From NCBI GenBank assembly GCA_015522685.1, contig WALU01000009.1:1-51290 (forward strand): DNA of 51,290 nucleotides, written 5' to 3'. Source of the stretch: Thermoproteota archaeon (lineage in GTDB: Archaea > Korarchaeota > Korarchaeia > Korarchaeales > Korarchaeaceae). The stretch's first letter is position 1, and every line of letters begins with the position of its first letter. Below, one piece after another: positions 18,392-28,597 of this stretch. The position numbers and the translations under genes were made by a program. Under the pieces are notes generated by a model, which had not been told where the DNA came from, searched no databases, and saw only the letters and a list, made by a program, of their open reading frames with translations.

Positions 18392-20005
18392 CTAGGGATG
18401 GAAGGGCTTCATCCTTATGAAATCCAAGTCAGATCCCTGATAAGATACTGAGATGCTGGCTCCCATTTCAGAGGTCCCCGTATAAAAGTTCATGCTTACT
18501 ATCTTCACATCGCCTGGACCTATCTCACCTATATTATAGGATCCCCACCGACTCCCAAGGAGGAACTCGTTCCCAGCCTTTCCGAGCCTTACCAGATGAG
18601 GATCATTTCCTCCGACCTTAACCTTACTTAGTGGATAAATTTGGGAGTTAAGCCTGAGATCTACGCTCCCTCTTTCCCCTATATTCGCCACTTTAGCTAC
18701 TACTGTTATACCATAACCTTTTCCTACTTTCCTGCTAACTATTGTATAATTAGCTATTAGGGGAACGGCTACATCATTCATCTTAACAACAAATACCGGA
18801 AATTCAGAGTAGTTCCAGCCTATCTCGTTTGCAAGCCATGCTAAGTCAGGTAGAACTCCCGGCTTAAAGAAAGCCGTTGTCTCCACATAATAGTACTTCT
18901 CGCCATCCATATTAAACTCTAAGGCGACTTTTCTTCCCTTCATTAGCTTTTGCTGTAGGTCTATAAGATTAATTAGAACTATAGGAGTTCCACCGTACTC
19001 AACTGTTCTATACTTGACTTTAGGCAGCTTCACCCATTTGGGAGGCATTGAGACAGCAACAGCTGCATGAGTCGGCATTATGAGTAAGACTGGATTATAG
19101 CCAGCCTGTCTATAGAGAGATATGAGGAGTATTGATAGATCCTCACAGTCACCAGCTCCCCTATATAAGGTCTCTATCGGATAGCTCGGATAATCCCCAG
19201 TTGGAGAGAACTCATTAGCTAGAGAGTACTTCATGCTCTGTACAAAAGAGGCTATGAACCAGAGCTTGTTATATCCTTCAATACCATTCTTTTCAGCCAA
19301 GTCATTGAGTTTTCTGACAAGCGTTGAAATGTAGGGATCATCATGAGGTGTCCTTACCATGAGATACCATGTGAAGATTAGGCTTTTTTTACTCTTATTG
19401 AACTCCGAAAGCCTCATTCTAGGCTTAACCTTGAAGAAATCTACTAATGGGAGTGGTACTTGAAGAGAAAGATTATATTCTTTACCTACTTTGGGAGGAA
19501 ATCTCCATTCATATTTCAATGTTGTTAAGTTTCTCCTTTCCTGAGGGGAGAGGGGGGGTGTCATACTAATGCTCTTATTCATGATAAAGCGTATGATCCC
19601 TTCATTTATCATAGACTTAGTTGCCGAGAATGTCTCCTTTCTCGTGTTACCTGCAATGACTATAATTTGGCTTTTTTCAGGCTTTATAACGAAAGTCCAA
19701 TATCCTTTAATCCCAATGAGAGCTTGGATCTCCAAACTAGGTAGGTATTTCTTAGATACCCTCCCAACGTCTTTAGCTAAGGGACCGCCTAGAATGAAAT
19801 AGCAATTATAACCATTATTCATCTTTGAACTTATCTCGACAGAAAGATTCAATTTGCTTAGCTCCTCTTTCAATAAATCTGCCGCTTTCATATCGTAATC
19901 ATTGGATATTATTAAAACTTCCTTACTAGCTTTAGTTGATGTAAACAGAAACAGCGAGGTTAAAAGCAGTAGAGCGAGTAAGATCTCCATTAAATGAAAT
20001 TTCAT
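18392..20005 (-). CDS. Secreted transglutaminase-like (Cys-His-Glu) protein with S-layer-like N-terminal domain
   Basis: YPIETL..GAGDCED, THAAVAV and YYYVETT motifs; N-terminal ILGGPLA...IAGNTRKET. Confidence 0.75.
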   Translation of the reverse strand: MKFHLMEILLALLLLTSLFLFTSTKASKEVLIISNDYDMKAADLLKEELSKLNLSVEISSKMNNGYNCYFILGGPLAKDVGRVSKKYLPSLEIQALIGIKGYWTFVIKPEKSQIIVIAGNTRKETFSATKSMINEGIIRFIMNKSISMTPPLSPQERRNLTTLKYEWRFPPKVGKEYNLSLQVPLPLVDFFKVKPRMRLSEFNKSKKSLIFTWYLMVRTPHDDPYISTLVRKLNDLAEKNGIEGYNKLWFIASFVQSMKYSLANEFSPTGDYPSYPIETLYRGAGDCEDLSILLISLYRQAGYNPVLLIMPTHAAVAVSMPPKWVKLPKVKYRTVEYGGTPIVLINLIDLQQKLMKGRKVALEFNMDGEKYYYVETTAFFKPGVLPDLAWLANEIGWNYSEFPVFVVKMNDVAVPLIANYTIVSRKVGKGYGITVVAKVANIGERGSVDLRLNSQIYPLSKVKVGGNDPHLVRLGKAGNEFLLGSRWGSYNIGEIGPGDVKIVSMNFYTGTSEMGASISVSYQGSDLDFIRMKPFHP

Positions 20006-20056
20006 AATAAGCTCAAGAATTTAGGAATTAAAAAGTTAGATACGCAAGATGGGTGG

Positions 20057-20093
20057 AACAAAATAAAAATGGGAAAAGAAGAGAAAAGGGAGA
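20057..20093 (-). terminator. Pyrimidine/U-rich archaeal terminator after the malic enzyme gene
   Basis: A long T/C-rich tract immediately follows the stop on the minus strand. Confidence 0.45.
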
Positions 20094-21476
20094 TTATGAT
20101 CCATAGCTCTCCAAGATCTCTTCCTCTGGAGGTGGGGAAGGTATCAACCCCTTCTCCATGAGAAGTTTGGTTGCCTCTCTTACGTTCTTTATCATATTGA
20201 CAGCTCTCTCATAGAGTTCATTTCTGCTTAAGATTTTCCTAGCAACCCCCTGTTTTATAGATTGCTCCGCTGCTGCTACTGCTTCAAGAGGATATACTTC
20301 CCATTGATCCATAGTTGGTATTATATAGTCTTCATGCAGCCCCTTTTCCTCCGCAAACTTAGCTAGCGCGTTTCCGGCTGCTATGCACATTTCATCAGTC
20401 ACTGTCTTAGCTCTTACATCCAATACTCCCCTGAATATAGCTGGGAATCCCAAGCTATTGTTAACTTGATTTGGGAAATCACTCCTTCCAGTAGCTACTA
20501 TTCTAGCTCCTGATTCCTTGGCTTCCCATGGCCATATTTCAGGTATGGGATTAGCACCGGCGAATACTATTGCATTGTTATTCATAAGTTTTATCCAGTC
20601 CTTCTTTATGACTCCAGGCCCTGGAGTGCTAAATGCTATGACGGCATCAGCTCCCTTAAATGCTTCTTCTATAGTTTTTGCTCCTTCTCCATTTGTTTTC
20701 ATTGCCAAATCATAATTCCATGGATCTTCCACCTTCATTTTTTCTATGTCCGGCCTATCAGCATAGAGCACACCATTGATATCTATCATTACAATATGCT
20801 TCGGCGGGACACCAGCCTTCATCATTATCATAGCGCTCCTAGTGCCTGCAGCTCCGGCCCCAAAGAATACTACCTTTGATTGCTTCATGTCTTTTCCTAA
20901 TAGCTTGAAAGCATTTACAGCTCCAGCATATACAACGGTGGCAGTTCCCTGCTGATCATCGTGCCATACTGGAATATTCAACCTTTTTCTTGCTTCCTCA
21001 AGGATATGATAACATTTAGGTCTCTCTATATCCTCTAGGTTAATTCCTCCAAAGCTTGGCTCAATCCATTCCAATAGTTTAAGTATCTCCTCGGCCTTAT
21101 GTGCTCTAATAACTATTGGGAAAGCATCAACCCCCCCAAGATATTTGAAAAGAAGAGCCTTACCCTCCATAACAGGGAGACCAGCCTCAGGTCCTATATT
21201 ACCTAAACCTAGAACTCTCGTACCATCGCTAACAACAGCAACATAATTCCATCTATTTGTATGATAAAATGATTGATCAGGGTCCTCCTTTATGACTTTA
21301 CATGAAGCTGCAACGCCTGGTGTATACCATATTGAAAAATCACTTACATCTCTTATTGCGCATTTTGGCATAACTTGGACCTTACCTTCGTAAAATGGAT
21401 GATAAGCAAGAGCCAGCTTAGAAGGCTTTTCAGCCTTCTTAAGGAGTTCTTCAACAGTCGGCTTATGCTCTGGCAT
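20094..21476 (-). CDS. NAD(P)-dependent malic enzyme
   Basis: YTPGVA, VSDGTRVLGLG, MEGKALLFK, NLEDI, HDDQQGT, GAGAAG and TGRSDFPNQVNN motifs. Confidence 0.96.
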   Translation of the reverse strand: MPEHKPTVEELLKKAEKPSKLALAYHPFYEGKVQVMPKCAIRDVSDFSIWYTPGVAASCKVIKEDPDQSFYHTNRWNYVAVVSDGTRVLGLGNIGPEAGLPVMEGKALLFKYLGGVDAFPIVIRAHKAEEILKLLEWIEPSFGGINLEDIERPKCYHILEEARKRLNIPVWHDDQQGTATVVYAGAVNAFKLLGKDMKQSKVVFFGAGAAGTRSAMIMMKAGVPPKHIVMIDINGVLYADRPDIEKMKVEDPWNYDLAMKTNGEGAKTIEEAFKGADAVIAFSTPGPGVIKKDWIKLMNNNAIVFAGANPIPEIWPWEAKESGARIVATGRSDFPNQVNNSLGFPAIFRGVLDVRAKTVTDEMCIAAGNALAKFAEEKGLHEDYIIPTMDQWEVYPLEAVAAAEQSIKQGVARKILSRNELYERAVNMIKNVREATKLLMEKGLIPSPPPEEEILESYGS

Positions 21477-21826
21477 AGCTAAACACCAAATATTTGTTCT
21501 AAGTACATTTGAAATAGTTTCCTTATTTTCATATATAAAATGATATTCTCTACTTATAATCTATTGGATTTAGTTTCATCGGTTATCATAACATTTTTAA
21601 TATTATAAATTAATTTGAGATAAAGACCAGAAATTAATATTATCCCAGCATAGAAGGCATTCCTCTCATACTCAGGGATATAGAGTTGTCTCTAGAGTTG
21701 AGGAAAGTAATGTAATCATGGAAATTTTAGTGTGTACTAGCAGGGGAATCGTTTTGAAACGTTATAGAACGATTTTATTCAATTTATATATAAACCTTAA
21801 GTGAATAGGATTAATAGGTGGTGGCG

Positions 21827-21997
21827 TTGAGAATCTTCAGTATAATGATAGGAAATGCCCTCGCTTATAATGCTGGATTGATTCTCACATTGATGGGTGT
21901 GGGTTGTGGAATTAGTTTAATGATAGCCACCATCAACTTTGCTTTGATATATCTAATCAGCAGGTACAGTCACGAGATTCAGGGGATTATATGTTGA
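21827..21997 (+). CDS. Small hydrophobic ORF (56 aa), possibly a membrane-protein remnant
   Basis: TTTATATA at about 21783, SD GGTGGTG and a TTG start; MRIFSIMIGNALAYNAGLILTLMGVGCGISLMIATINFALIYLI... Confidence 0.3.
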   Translation: MRIFSIMIGNALAYNAGLILTLMGVGCGISLMIATINFALIYLISRYSHEIQGIIC

Positions 21998-22769
21998 GGA
22001 CCCTCCAGTGGTAAGAGAGAATATCGGTGGATTCATGCACTTGAGGTACGATCGAGTGATTAACTTCGTAGAAATCACTCTAGATAAAGCGAGTGAGCTA
22101 AGATCTTCCTAGGAATAACTTCCAAGTATACAGGAGGTACTATATCTATTAGAAAGGGGATGAGGGATTTAGGAGTTGATGGTGTGGTAGTTGCGCGCCT
22201 TACTTCTTCAAACGGAAGGTAGGTTGGATTATCACTTCAGTAGGATAATTACTAAAGTCAATTTACCTGTAATAATCTATATATACGCCCTCCTTACAGA
22301 CGATATATCCGTAAGCGTTTATGTCAAGCTATCTCAGGAGTACTCCAATGTAGTTGGAGCTAAGGTATCTAAGGATATGTCTCGTACATTAGATCTTTGA
22401 TAAGTAGAGTTAAGACAGCAAGACAAGATTTTTCCGTGCTTACTGGCAATGGATGATCATCCTCTTGAACGTTCTAGCATTAGGAGGAAATGGCAGAATA
22501 ATGACTTTGGTAAATATATCCCCCAGCTCAGCTTCATCTCTTTGTCTATAATCCATGGATCGATGGCAGATTGGATGATGTCGATAACAGTTTCAAAAAG
22601 CTAGCAAATCTTGCTAGAGTGCATGAGTAGCTTTCTCATCTCCCAATGCAATAGTAATAGCTCTCTAGATATTGAGATCCCCAGTGAAGGAAGTTTATAT
22701 CCCCTTCTCATTATGGAATCTACCAAGGTGAGAATTAGGATAAGGAAGATCTTAGAGGAAGTTAGTATA
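21972..22769 (+). pseudogene. Decayed DapA/KDG-aldolase family class I aldolase
   Basis: (ACG)RFRGLYV, GGFMHL, LGVDGVVV/APYFFK, HFSRIITKVNLPVIIY, EYSNVVGAKVS (Schiff-base Lys), FSVLTG and LALGGNG fragments, with multiple frameshifts and stops. Confidence 0.8.
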
Positions 22770-23915
22770 TCACTTGATTGACTTAGAGAGGATTAATACT
22801 GCAGCAGCTTGTAGAATCAATGAAAAAATTGCGCCCTGCATAGTCCATTTCATTTGAAGGAATAAACCAAACATAGCTCCACTGACTAGAAATCCGAGAC
22901 CATAAAAAGTGTTAAAGACCCCATAAGCTGTTCCTCTTATGCTAGGGGATACCAAATCCGAAACTGCTGCTCTGTATATGGATTCCTGCATTCCATATAC
23001 AATTCCAAATGTTACCACGGCTCCTATCAGAAGGTTAGAACTTCCATATAGGGTGAGAATTGAGGGAATGGGGGAGAGTAAGAAGGGAATGTATAACACC
23101 TTCCTGCCTATCTTATCGTAGGATAATCCAGCAAGAGGAGCCGATATGGCATCCACTCCCTGCATTAGTACATAAAGGAAAGCTGCTAACCATGGAGAGA
23201 ATGTTATACTGGAGACTAGGACAATTAGGGATACTTGTATCAGGCCCATTGTGTTCAGAAGGACTGAAATTGAGTAAAACCAGAAGAGGATTGGAAGACT
23301 CTTGAGTTTCACAGTCTTGCTTTCTCCTAGTGGCTTTGTATGTCTATATCTTGAATATATGTAAGAAACTGTCAGGATAAGAAGTACATAAGGAATTAGA
23401 AGTATGAAGAAGGCCTCATTATACCTCCCTGGCATCCACATTAGGATTAGTCCCAAGATAGCTGGTCCTAAGACTGATCCAGTCTGATCTAGGAGCTCAT
23501 GCAGACCAAATGCCTTACCAGCACCTACTCCTTCCGAAACCGAGGATATAAGGACATCCCTAGCTGGAGATCTCAACCCTTTGGCGGCTCTCTCTATGAA
23601 GATTAGAAAAGCAACAACAATCCATAAATTAGTAAATCCCATGAGGGGAATTGATATAAGTAGACCATACCCTAATGAATAAAGAGACCAGTAAGCCTTA
23701 GTTTTATCTGCGAGTACTCCACTTACTAACCTCAAGGATAGACCTAAAAATTCAGAAATACCGAATGTAAGCCCAACTATGAGAGTTGTAGCCCCTAAAG
23801 CATTCAAGTAGGAGGGAGCAACTGCTCTTGCCCCTTCATATATCGTATCGCCCAGCAAGCTCACAAGCCCAAAGGATAGTATAGCCCTGTAGGCATCCCT
23901 CCTACTCAATAGCAT
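22770..23915 (-). CDS. MFS transporter
   Basis: About 12 TM segments; SGVLADK, ERAAKGLRSPARD, AFGLHELLDQTG and RGTAYG motifs. Confidence 0.92.
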   Translation of the reverse strand: MLLSRRDAYRAILSFGLVSLLGDTIYEGARAVAPSYLNALGATTLIVGLTFGISEFLGLSLRLVSGVLADKTKAYWSLYSLGYGLLISIPLMGFTNLWIVVAFLIFIERAAKGLRSPARDVLISSVSEGVGAGKAFGLHELLDQTGSVLGPAILGLILMWMPGRYNEAFFILLIPYVLLILTVSYIYSRYRHTKPLGESKTVKLKSLPILFWFYSISVLLNTMGLIQVSLIVLVSSITFSPWLAAFLYVLMQGVDAISAPLAGLSYDKIGRKVLYIPFLLSPIPSILTLYGSSNLLIGAVVTFGIVYGMQESIYRAAVSDLVSPSIRGTAYGVFNTFYGLGFLVSGAMFGLFLQMKWTMQGAIFSLILQAAAVLILSKSIK

Positions 23916-23922
23916 GATATCA

Positions 23923-24471
23923 CTAGCTCCACTTCAACGATCTCTGCAGCTTTATCATGGAATCTAGGAACCATATTAAGGTGACGAAGACTGATATTAT
24001 CTCAGGAATTGCCGCTCCGCAGCTACACAATCCAGATAGCGGGATTGCCCATACTATTGCTATAATTACAGCAATAGCAATGGGATAATTTGCCTTTTCC
24101 TCAAAACTATAAGTTAGAGAGGCAAAAGCTAATGTTAGGAAGAAAGCGAGGGACGCGAAGAAATGAAGCCTTCCATAAACTTCATCAAACGTTCCAATCA
24201 GTATTAGGAAGTAAGAATCTACTGCCACAAGCTTAGCTGTTAGGGGGAACCTCCTAGACATGTAATTCACAGAGTAGAACAGTAAGAGAAGTCCACCAGT
24301 TACCAGTCCAAAATTGAAAATTGGAGCAGCGGGACTCTTTATTGAATGACCTAAATCACTAAGAGCATTATTCATCCAGCTAAACCATGGAGAGAGCACT
24401 ATCGATATAAATATGGTAATTAAGGGCAGGAAAAATGATGATAATCCTAAGATTAAAGGCTTTAATTTCAT
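23923..24471 (-). CDS. DUF998-family membrane protein
   Basis: PWFSWMNNALSDLG, IFNFGL, LH and AIPE motifs. Confidence 0.8.
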   Translation of the reverse strand: MKLKPLILGLSSFFLPLITIFISIVLSPWFSWMNNALSDLGHSIKSPAAPIFNFGLVTGGLLLLFYSVNYMSRRFPLTAKLVAVDSYFLILIGTFDEVYGRLHFFASLAFFLTLAFASLTYSFEEKANYPIAIAVIIAIVWAIPLSGLCSCGAAIPEIISVFVTLIWFLDSMIKLQRSLKWS

Positions 24472-24507
24472 AAGGAGTAAAAGAAAGGAAGACTAAAAAA
24501 GCTGAAG

Positions 24508-26424
24508 TTACCTCATATCTGGTGGAATGAAGTCCTTCCTATAAGCATTTAGAAATTCCTTAAGCTCTATATCTCCTATGTTACCCTCTCCTTTTCGCCT
24601 CACGGCTACCTTGCCAGATTCTACTTCCCTGTCCCCTATGATCAGAAGGAGAGGTACCTTCCCAAGTTCTGCTTCCCTTATCCTATATCCTAAAGTTCCT
24701 CTGGCTTCATCTAGATCTGCTCTAACTCCTGCCTCATCTAACACTTGAAGGATTTCCCTTGCCCTGCCTACATGCCTGTCCGCCACTGGAAGTATCCTAA
24801 CCTGAATGGGTGCAAGCCATAGGGGGAAGTTGCCTTCATAATGCTCAAGTAGAATACCGAAGAACCTTTCTATAGATCCCAAAAGAGCTCTATGTATCAT
24901 TACAGCGGTCTTCTCATTACCGTCAGCATCTACATAGGTAACGTTGAACCTCTTGGGCAGATTGAAATCTAGCTGTATAGTACTAAGCTGCCATTCCCTT
25001 CCTATTGAATCAACAAGCTTTACATCTATCTTAGGACCATAAAATGCTGCTTCTCCTTCCATTATATCGTAATCATACCTTTTCTTCCTAAGAGCTCTCT
25101 CTAAAGATGATTGGGCTCTAAGCCAATCCTCTTCGCTTCCCATATATTCTTCCGGATGGCCCGGATCCCAAGTTGACAACTCTACCTTGAACTCCTTGAA
25201 ACCAAAGGACCTGAGCAGGTATTCATCAAGCTCTATAACATTGTATATCTCCTTCTCTAGATCTTCAGGAGTTGTAAATATGTGAGCATCATCCTGGGTG
25301 AATCCTCTAGCTCTCAGGAGACCATGCAAGACCCCAGATCTTTCATATCTGTACACGGTCCCAAGTTCAAAGAATCTTAGGGGCAGCTCCCTATAACTCC
25401 TCCTTCTAGACTTATAGACTAAGATATGGAAAGGACAGTTCATTGGTTTGACAGCATGCTCTATGCCTTCCTTATCGAACACATACATGAAGTCTCTATA
25501 GTAGCTGAGATGCCCTGATGTCTTCCACAAGTTTGTATAGGCTATGTGAGGAGAATAAACAAGCTTGTAGCCCCACTTAAGGTGAACTCTAACAAGGAAA
25601 TCTTCTATTATTCTCCTAATAATCGCCCCCTTTGGATGCCATATAACTAGCCCAGGTCCAATTATCTCTGAGGGCATTGAGAATAAATCCAGTTGGGGAC
25701 CTAATATCCTATGATCTCTCCTTTTAGCCTCTTCTCTCCTCTTTAGATATTCTTCCAATATTTCTTTCCTTGGAAAAGAAATTCCATAGATCCTCTGCAT
25801 GACCGGATTCCTTTCATTGCCTCTCCAGTAAGATGATGATGCATATAAGATCTTTAAATATTTTATATAGCCTGTTGAGGGTAAATGAGGGCCTCTGCAT
25901 AGATCCATGAACTCTCCCTGTCTATAGATGGATACAATTTTATCTTCAATCTCCTTAAGTAGTTCTACCTTGTATGGCTCTCCTCTTTTCTCAAATAAGA
26001 CCATCGCATTATCTTTCCTGATCTCCTCTCTGACTATCGGGAGATCTTCTTTTACTATGTTCCTCATCTCGTTCTCTATCCTCTCTAGGTCTTCAGGGGA
26101 GAAGGATTTTCCAGAAGTGTCGAACTCATAGAAGAATCCCTCGTCTATGGCAGGTCCTATCCCCAGCTTAGCATTTGAGAATAATCGCTTAACAGCTTGG
26201 GCCATGATATGAGAAGATGTATGCCAGTATACCTGCCTTCCCTCCCGAGAGTTGAAATTTAGTATGATGATCTCATCCACACCTTCACTCACTTGGGAAG
26301 TTAGGTCAACTAGTTGACTATTTATCTTAGCAACAAGACCTAAACCTTTTGGTATTGCATCTATTATTCTCTCTCCCGGTCTAGCTTCTAGCCTCCCTCC
26401 ATCTGGTAGCAATATTCTGACCAA
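24508..26424 (-). CDS. thrS: Threonyl-tRNA synthetase (bacterial-type: TGS, editing, catalytic and anticodon domains)
   Basis: WHTSSH, DLCRGPH, RDHR, KPMNCP, RGFTQDDAH, AFYGPKID and IHRALLGSIERF motifs. Confidence 0.97.
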   Translation of the reverse strand: MVRILLPDGGRLEARPGERIIDAIPKGLGLVAKINSQLVDLTSQVSEGVDEIIILNFNSREGRQVYWHTSSHIMAQAVKRLFSNAKLGIGPAIDEGFFYEFDTSGKSFSPEDLERIENEMRNIVKEDLPIVREEIRKDNAMVLFEKRGEPYKVELLKEIEDKIVSIYRQGEFMDLCRGPHLPSTGYIKYLKILYASSSYWRGNERNPVMQRIYGISFPRKEILEEYLKRREEAKRRDHRILGPQLDLFSMPSEIIGPGLVIWHPKGAIIRRIIEDFLVRVHLKWGYKLVYSPHIAYTNLWKTSGHLSYYRDFMYVFDKEGIEHAVKPMNCPFHILVYKSRRRSYRELPLRFFELGTVYRYERSGVLHGLLRARGFTQDDAHIFTTPEDLEKEIYNVIELDEYLLRSFGFKEFKVELSTWDPGHPEEYMGSEEDWLRAQSSLERALRKKRYDYDIMEGEAAFYGPKIDVKLVDSIGREWQLSTIQLDFNLPKRFNVTYVDADGNEKTAVMIHRALLGSIERFFGILLEHYEGNFPLWLAPIQVRILPVADRHVGRAREILQVLDEAGVRADLDEARGTLGYRIREAELGKVPLLLIIGDREVESGKVAVRRKGEGNIGDIELKEFLNAYRKDFIPPDMR

Positions 26425-26619
26425 TCATGACACCTTCTTGAGATATATGTAGAGAGATCTTGCTCCTTTGGGAGGTTCATCTCTCAACTCTTCACCCAAA
26501 TAGTGAAAACTCGGTTCAAGCATGAAGAAAATGAGTTTCTCGATCCCCCCTCAGCGAGATCACCTCTTAGCATTTCAGTAAGCCAATTTATAAACCTATC
26601 GAAGTAATCTCAACCAACC

Positions 26620-27110
26620 GAATGATCTAGCGGGTATCTTAGAGGATGTTGGGATAAGAGTAGTATGGTCAGACAGCTTAGGAGCTAAGAGCTTCTCCTT
26701 ATCCATAGAGATAAGCAGGAAGAATATAACAATAGATTCAGGAGTCATGAAGATACAACCTAGTTATCTTTTATCTCCCATAGAGAAAGAAAAGCTGAGG
26801 AGAATTGCTTTAGGCTTCATAAAGAAGGAATTAGCTAATGTCATAGCTGTAGTCATTATTGCCGTCGTAATCATTACTTTCTTCCAGAGAAAGAGTCCTC
26901 ATAAGTAAGCCTTCTCTTAGGAAGAAAGCTCATTTTAAAGGATCCTAGCAAATACATAAATAAAAGTCAGTGGAGAATAGCTCATCTTTTCCTTTCTATA
27001 ATTCTACAATCATCTGAAATACTTATAAGGGATCTTTTAGAGCCTCCTAGGAAGAGAAACCTCTCAGATCAACAGATCACCTTAAAAATAGGTTTATATC
27101 ATCGAGCTTT
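26620..27110 (+). pseudogene. Decayed MBL-fold metallo-hydrolase (N-terminal part)
   Basis: IRVVWSDSLGAKS...ITIDSGV..IQPSY; a frameshifted SHYCRRNHY (degenerate SHYHxDH); KLILKDPSKYINKSQW. Truncated; ends approximate. Confidence 0.65.
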
Positions 27111-27162
27111 CAACGATACTAAAGGGAATTCTAAGGCGGTGACTGAGTGACAAGGGGAGGAG

Positions 27163-28551
27163 ATGGAGCTGACGGTTATACCTCAGATCGTGAAATTTGC
27201 TTCAGAGAATACTAGAGAGATAGGAGATGTGCTAGGCATAGGACCTGAATTGAGAGTTAGATGGGCTGAGGGCCTCTTAGATAAGGGACCTGTGGAAGAT
27301 ACTATCTTTTATGCTGGTGAAATGTATCCTGTGATGGGATATGCTGAAGGAGCTTTTAGGCTTACGAAAAGACTGGAAGGGTTGATGAACATAAATTCTT
27401 TGGCGAGGATAGGGCCCATTATGAAGAAACTTAGGGTATATGCTATAGGAGCTAGGGCCCTATGGGGTAAGAACAATGAGATATATGAGAATGCTCTTCG
27501 AGATGCTGTTTACGTATTAAGGAACTTAGGAGTTAAGATGAGCTACCTTTTCGAGGAAGAACCTCCGTCGGGTGTGGCTCTTCATACATATGGTCTCCTC
27601 AAGGAGTTTAAGGAGCATGCTAAGTGGGTCCAGAATAGATTCAGGGAATTAGGCGTTAAGAGAGTGATAACATTAGATCCTATAGTAACTACGGCCTTTA
27701 GACTTTATTATCCAGAGTTTTTAGAAGATTGGGACGTTGAGGTATTGCATTTCGTCGAAATAGTTGCTAAGAGGATCGCTGAGCTAGGAATTAAGCTTAA
27801 GCTAGGGAGAAAGGAGAAGGTGACGTATCACGATCCCTGTTATTTAGCTAGGACTTTGGGCATAGTTGATGAAACTAGGTTCATACTATCGAGAATAGAT
27901 GGTTTAGAGTACTTAGAACCACCTAGACATGGAGTTAATACTGGTTGTAGTGGAGATGGAGGATTAGAATTAACACAACCGCTTCTCGCTAGAAAGATAT
28001 CTTTGGATAGGGTTAAGGAGCTAAGGGAGACGGGCGCCGAGAAGGTATACACATCGTGCCCAGCATGCATAATGATGCTCAGAACAGGTTTCAATGCTCT
28101 AGGTTACAGGACTGATGTGAATGATCTGGCCTCTCTGATAGCTGAGGCCATGAGAAATGGTATCATTGAAGAGAAACCGGCGACTGTGAAATTTAGGAGA
28201 TATCATGTCCTTCCTGAAAGTCCTAAGCCTAAGAGCCTAGATTCTGACGATCTAGCCGAGCTCCTCCTCAGAGAGACAGATAGGTGCAAGAAATGTGCTT
28301 TCTGTAATGTAGAGTGCCCAGTTGCTAGGGCCTTGGATAAGTTGGAGAGCCGCTCTGCTAGAGGTAGAATGACTTTGATCAATTCCCTCGTGAGAGGTGA
28401 TCCTGTAAGACCAGAAGCAGTACTTGACAGGCTATATTCCTGCGTCCTCTGTGCTCAGTGTTCGCAAACATGCCCTGTCGGCCTCCATGTCCAGGAACTG
28501 ATAATATATGGCAGAGCTTATGCTATATACTCCGGTAAGGCTGGTGTCTAA
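27163..28551 (+). CDS. GlcF/HdrD-like Fe-S oxidoreductase with CCG domains and a C-terminal 2x[4Fe-4S] domain
   Basis: YHDPCYLAR, GCSG and TSCPAC motifs; C-terminal CKKCAFCNVECP and CVLCAQCSQTCP. Confidence 0.85.
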   Translation: MELTVIPQIVKFASENTREIGDVLGIGPELRVRWAEGLLDKGPVEDTIFYAGEMYPVMGYAEGAFRLTKRLEGLMNINSLARIGPIMKKLRVYAIGARALWGKNNEIYENALRDAVYVLRNLGVKMSYLFEEEPPSGVALHTYGLLKEFKEHAKWVQNRFRELGVKRVITLDPIVTTAFRLYYPEFLEDWDVEVLHFVEIVAKRIAELGIKLKLGRKEKVTYHDPCYLARTLGIVDETRFILSRIDGLEYLEPPRHGVNTGCSGDGGLELTQPLLARKISLDRVKELRETGAEKVYTSCPACIMMLRTGFNALGYRTDVNDLASLIAEAMRNGIIEEKPATVKFRRYHVLPESPKPKSLDSDDLAELLLRETDRCKKCAFCNVECPVARALDKLESRSARGRMTLINSLVRGDPVRPEAVLDRLYSCVLCAQCSQTCPVGLHVQELIIYGRAYAIYSGKAGV

Positions 28552-28597
28552 TGAGCTAACCTATTATTTATCACTCCTTTTAGAGGTAGGTGTCTAC

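Noticed and set aside
28508-28597. 30-aa N-terminal extension of the GlcD-like ORF in the track
   Set aside because: It overlaps the upstream gene, and a better SD-preceded ATG exists at 28598.
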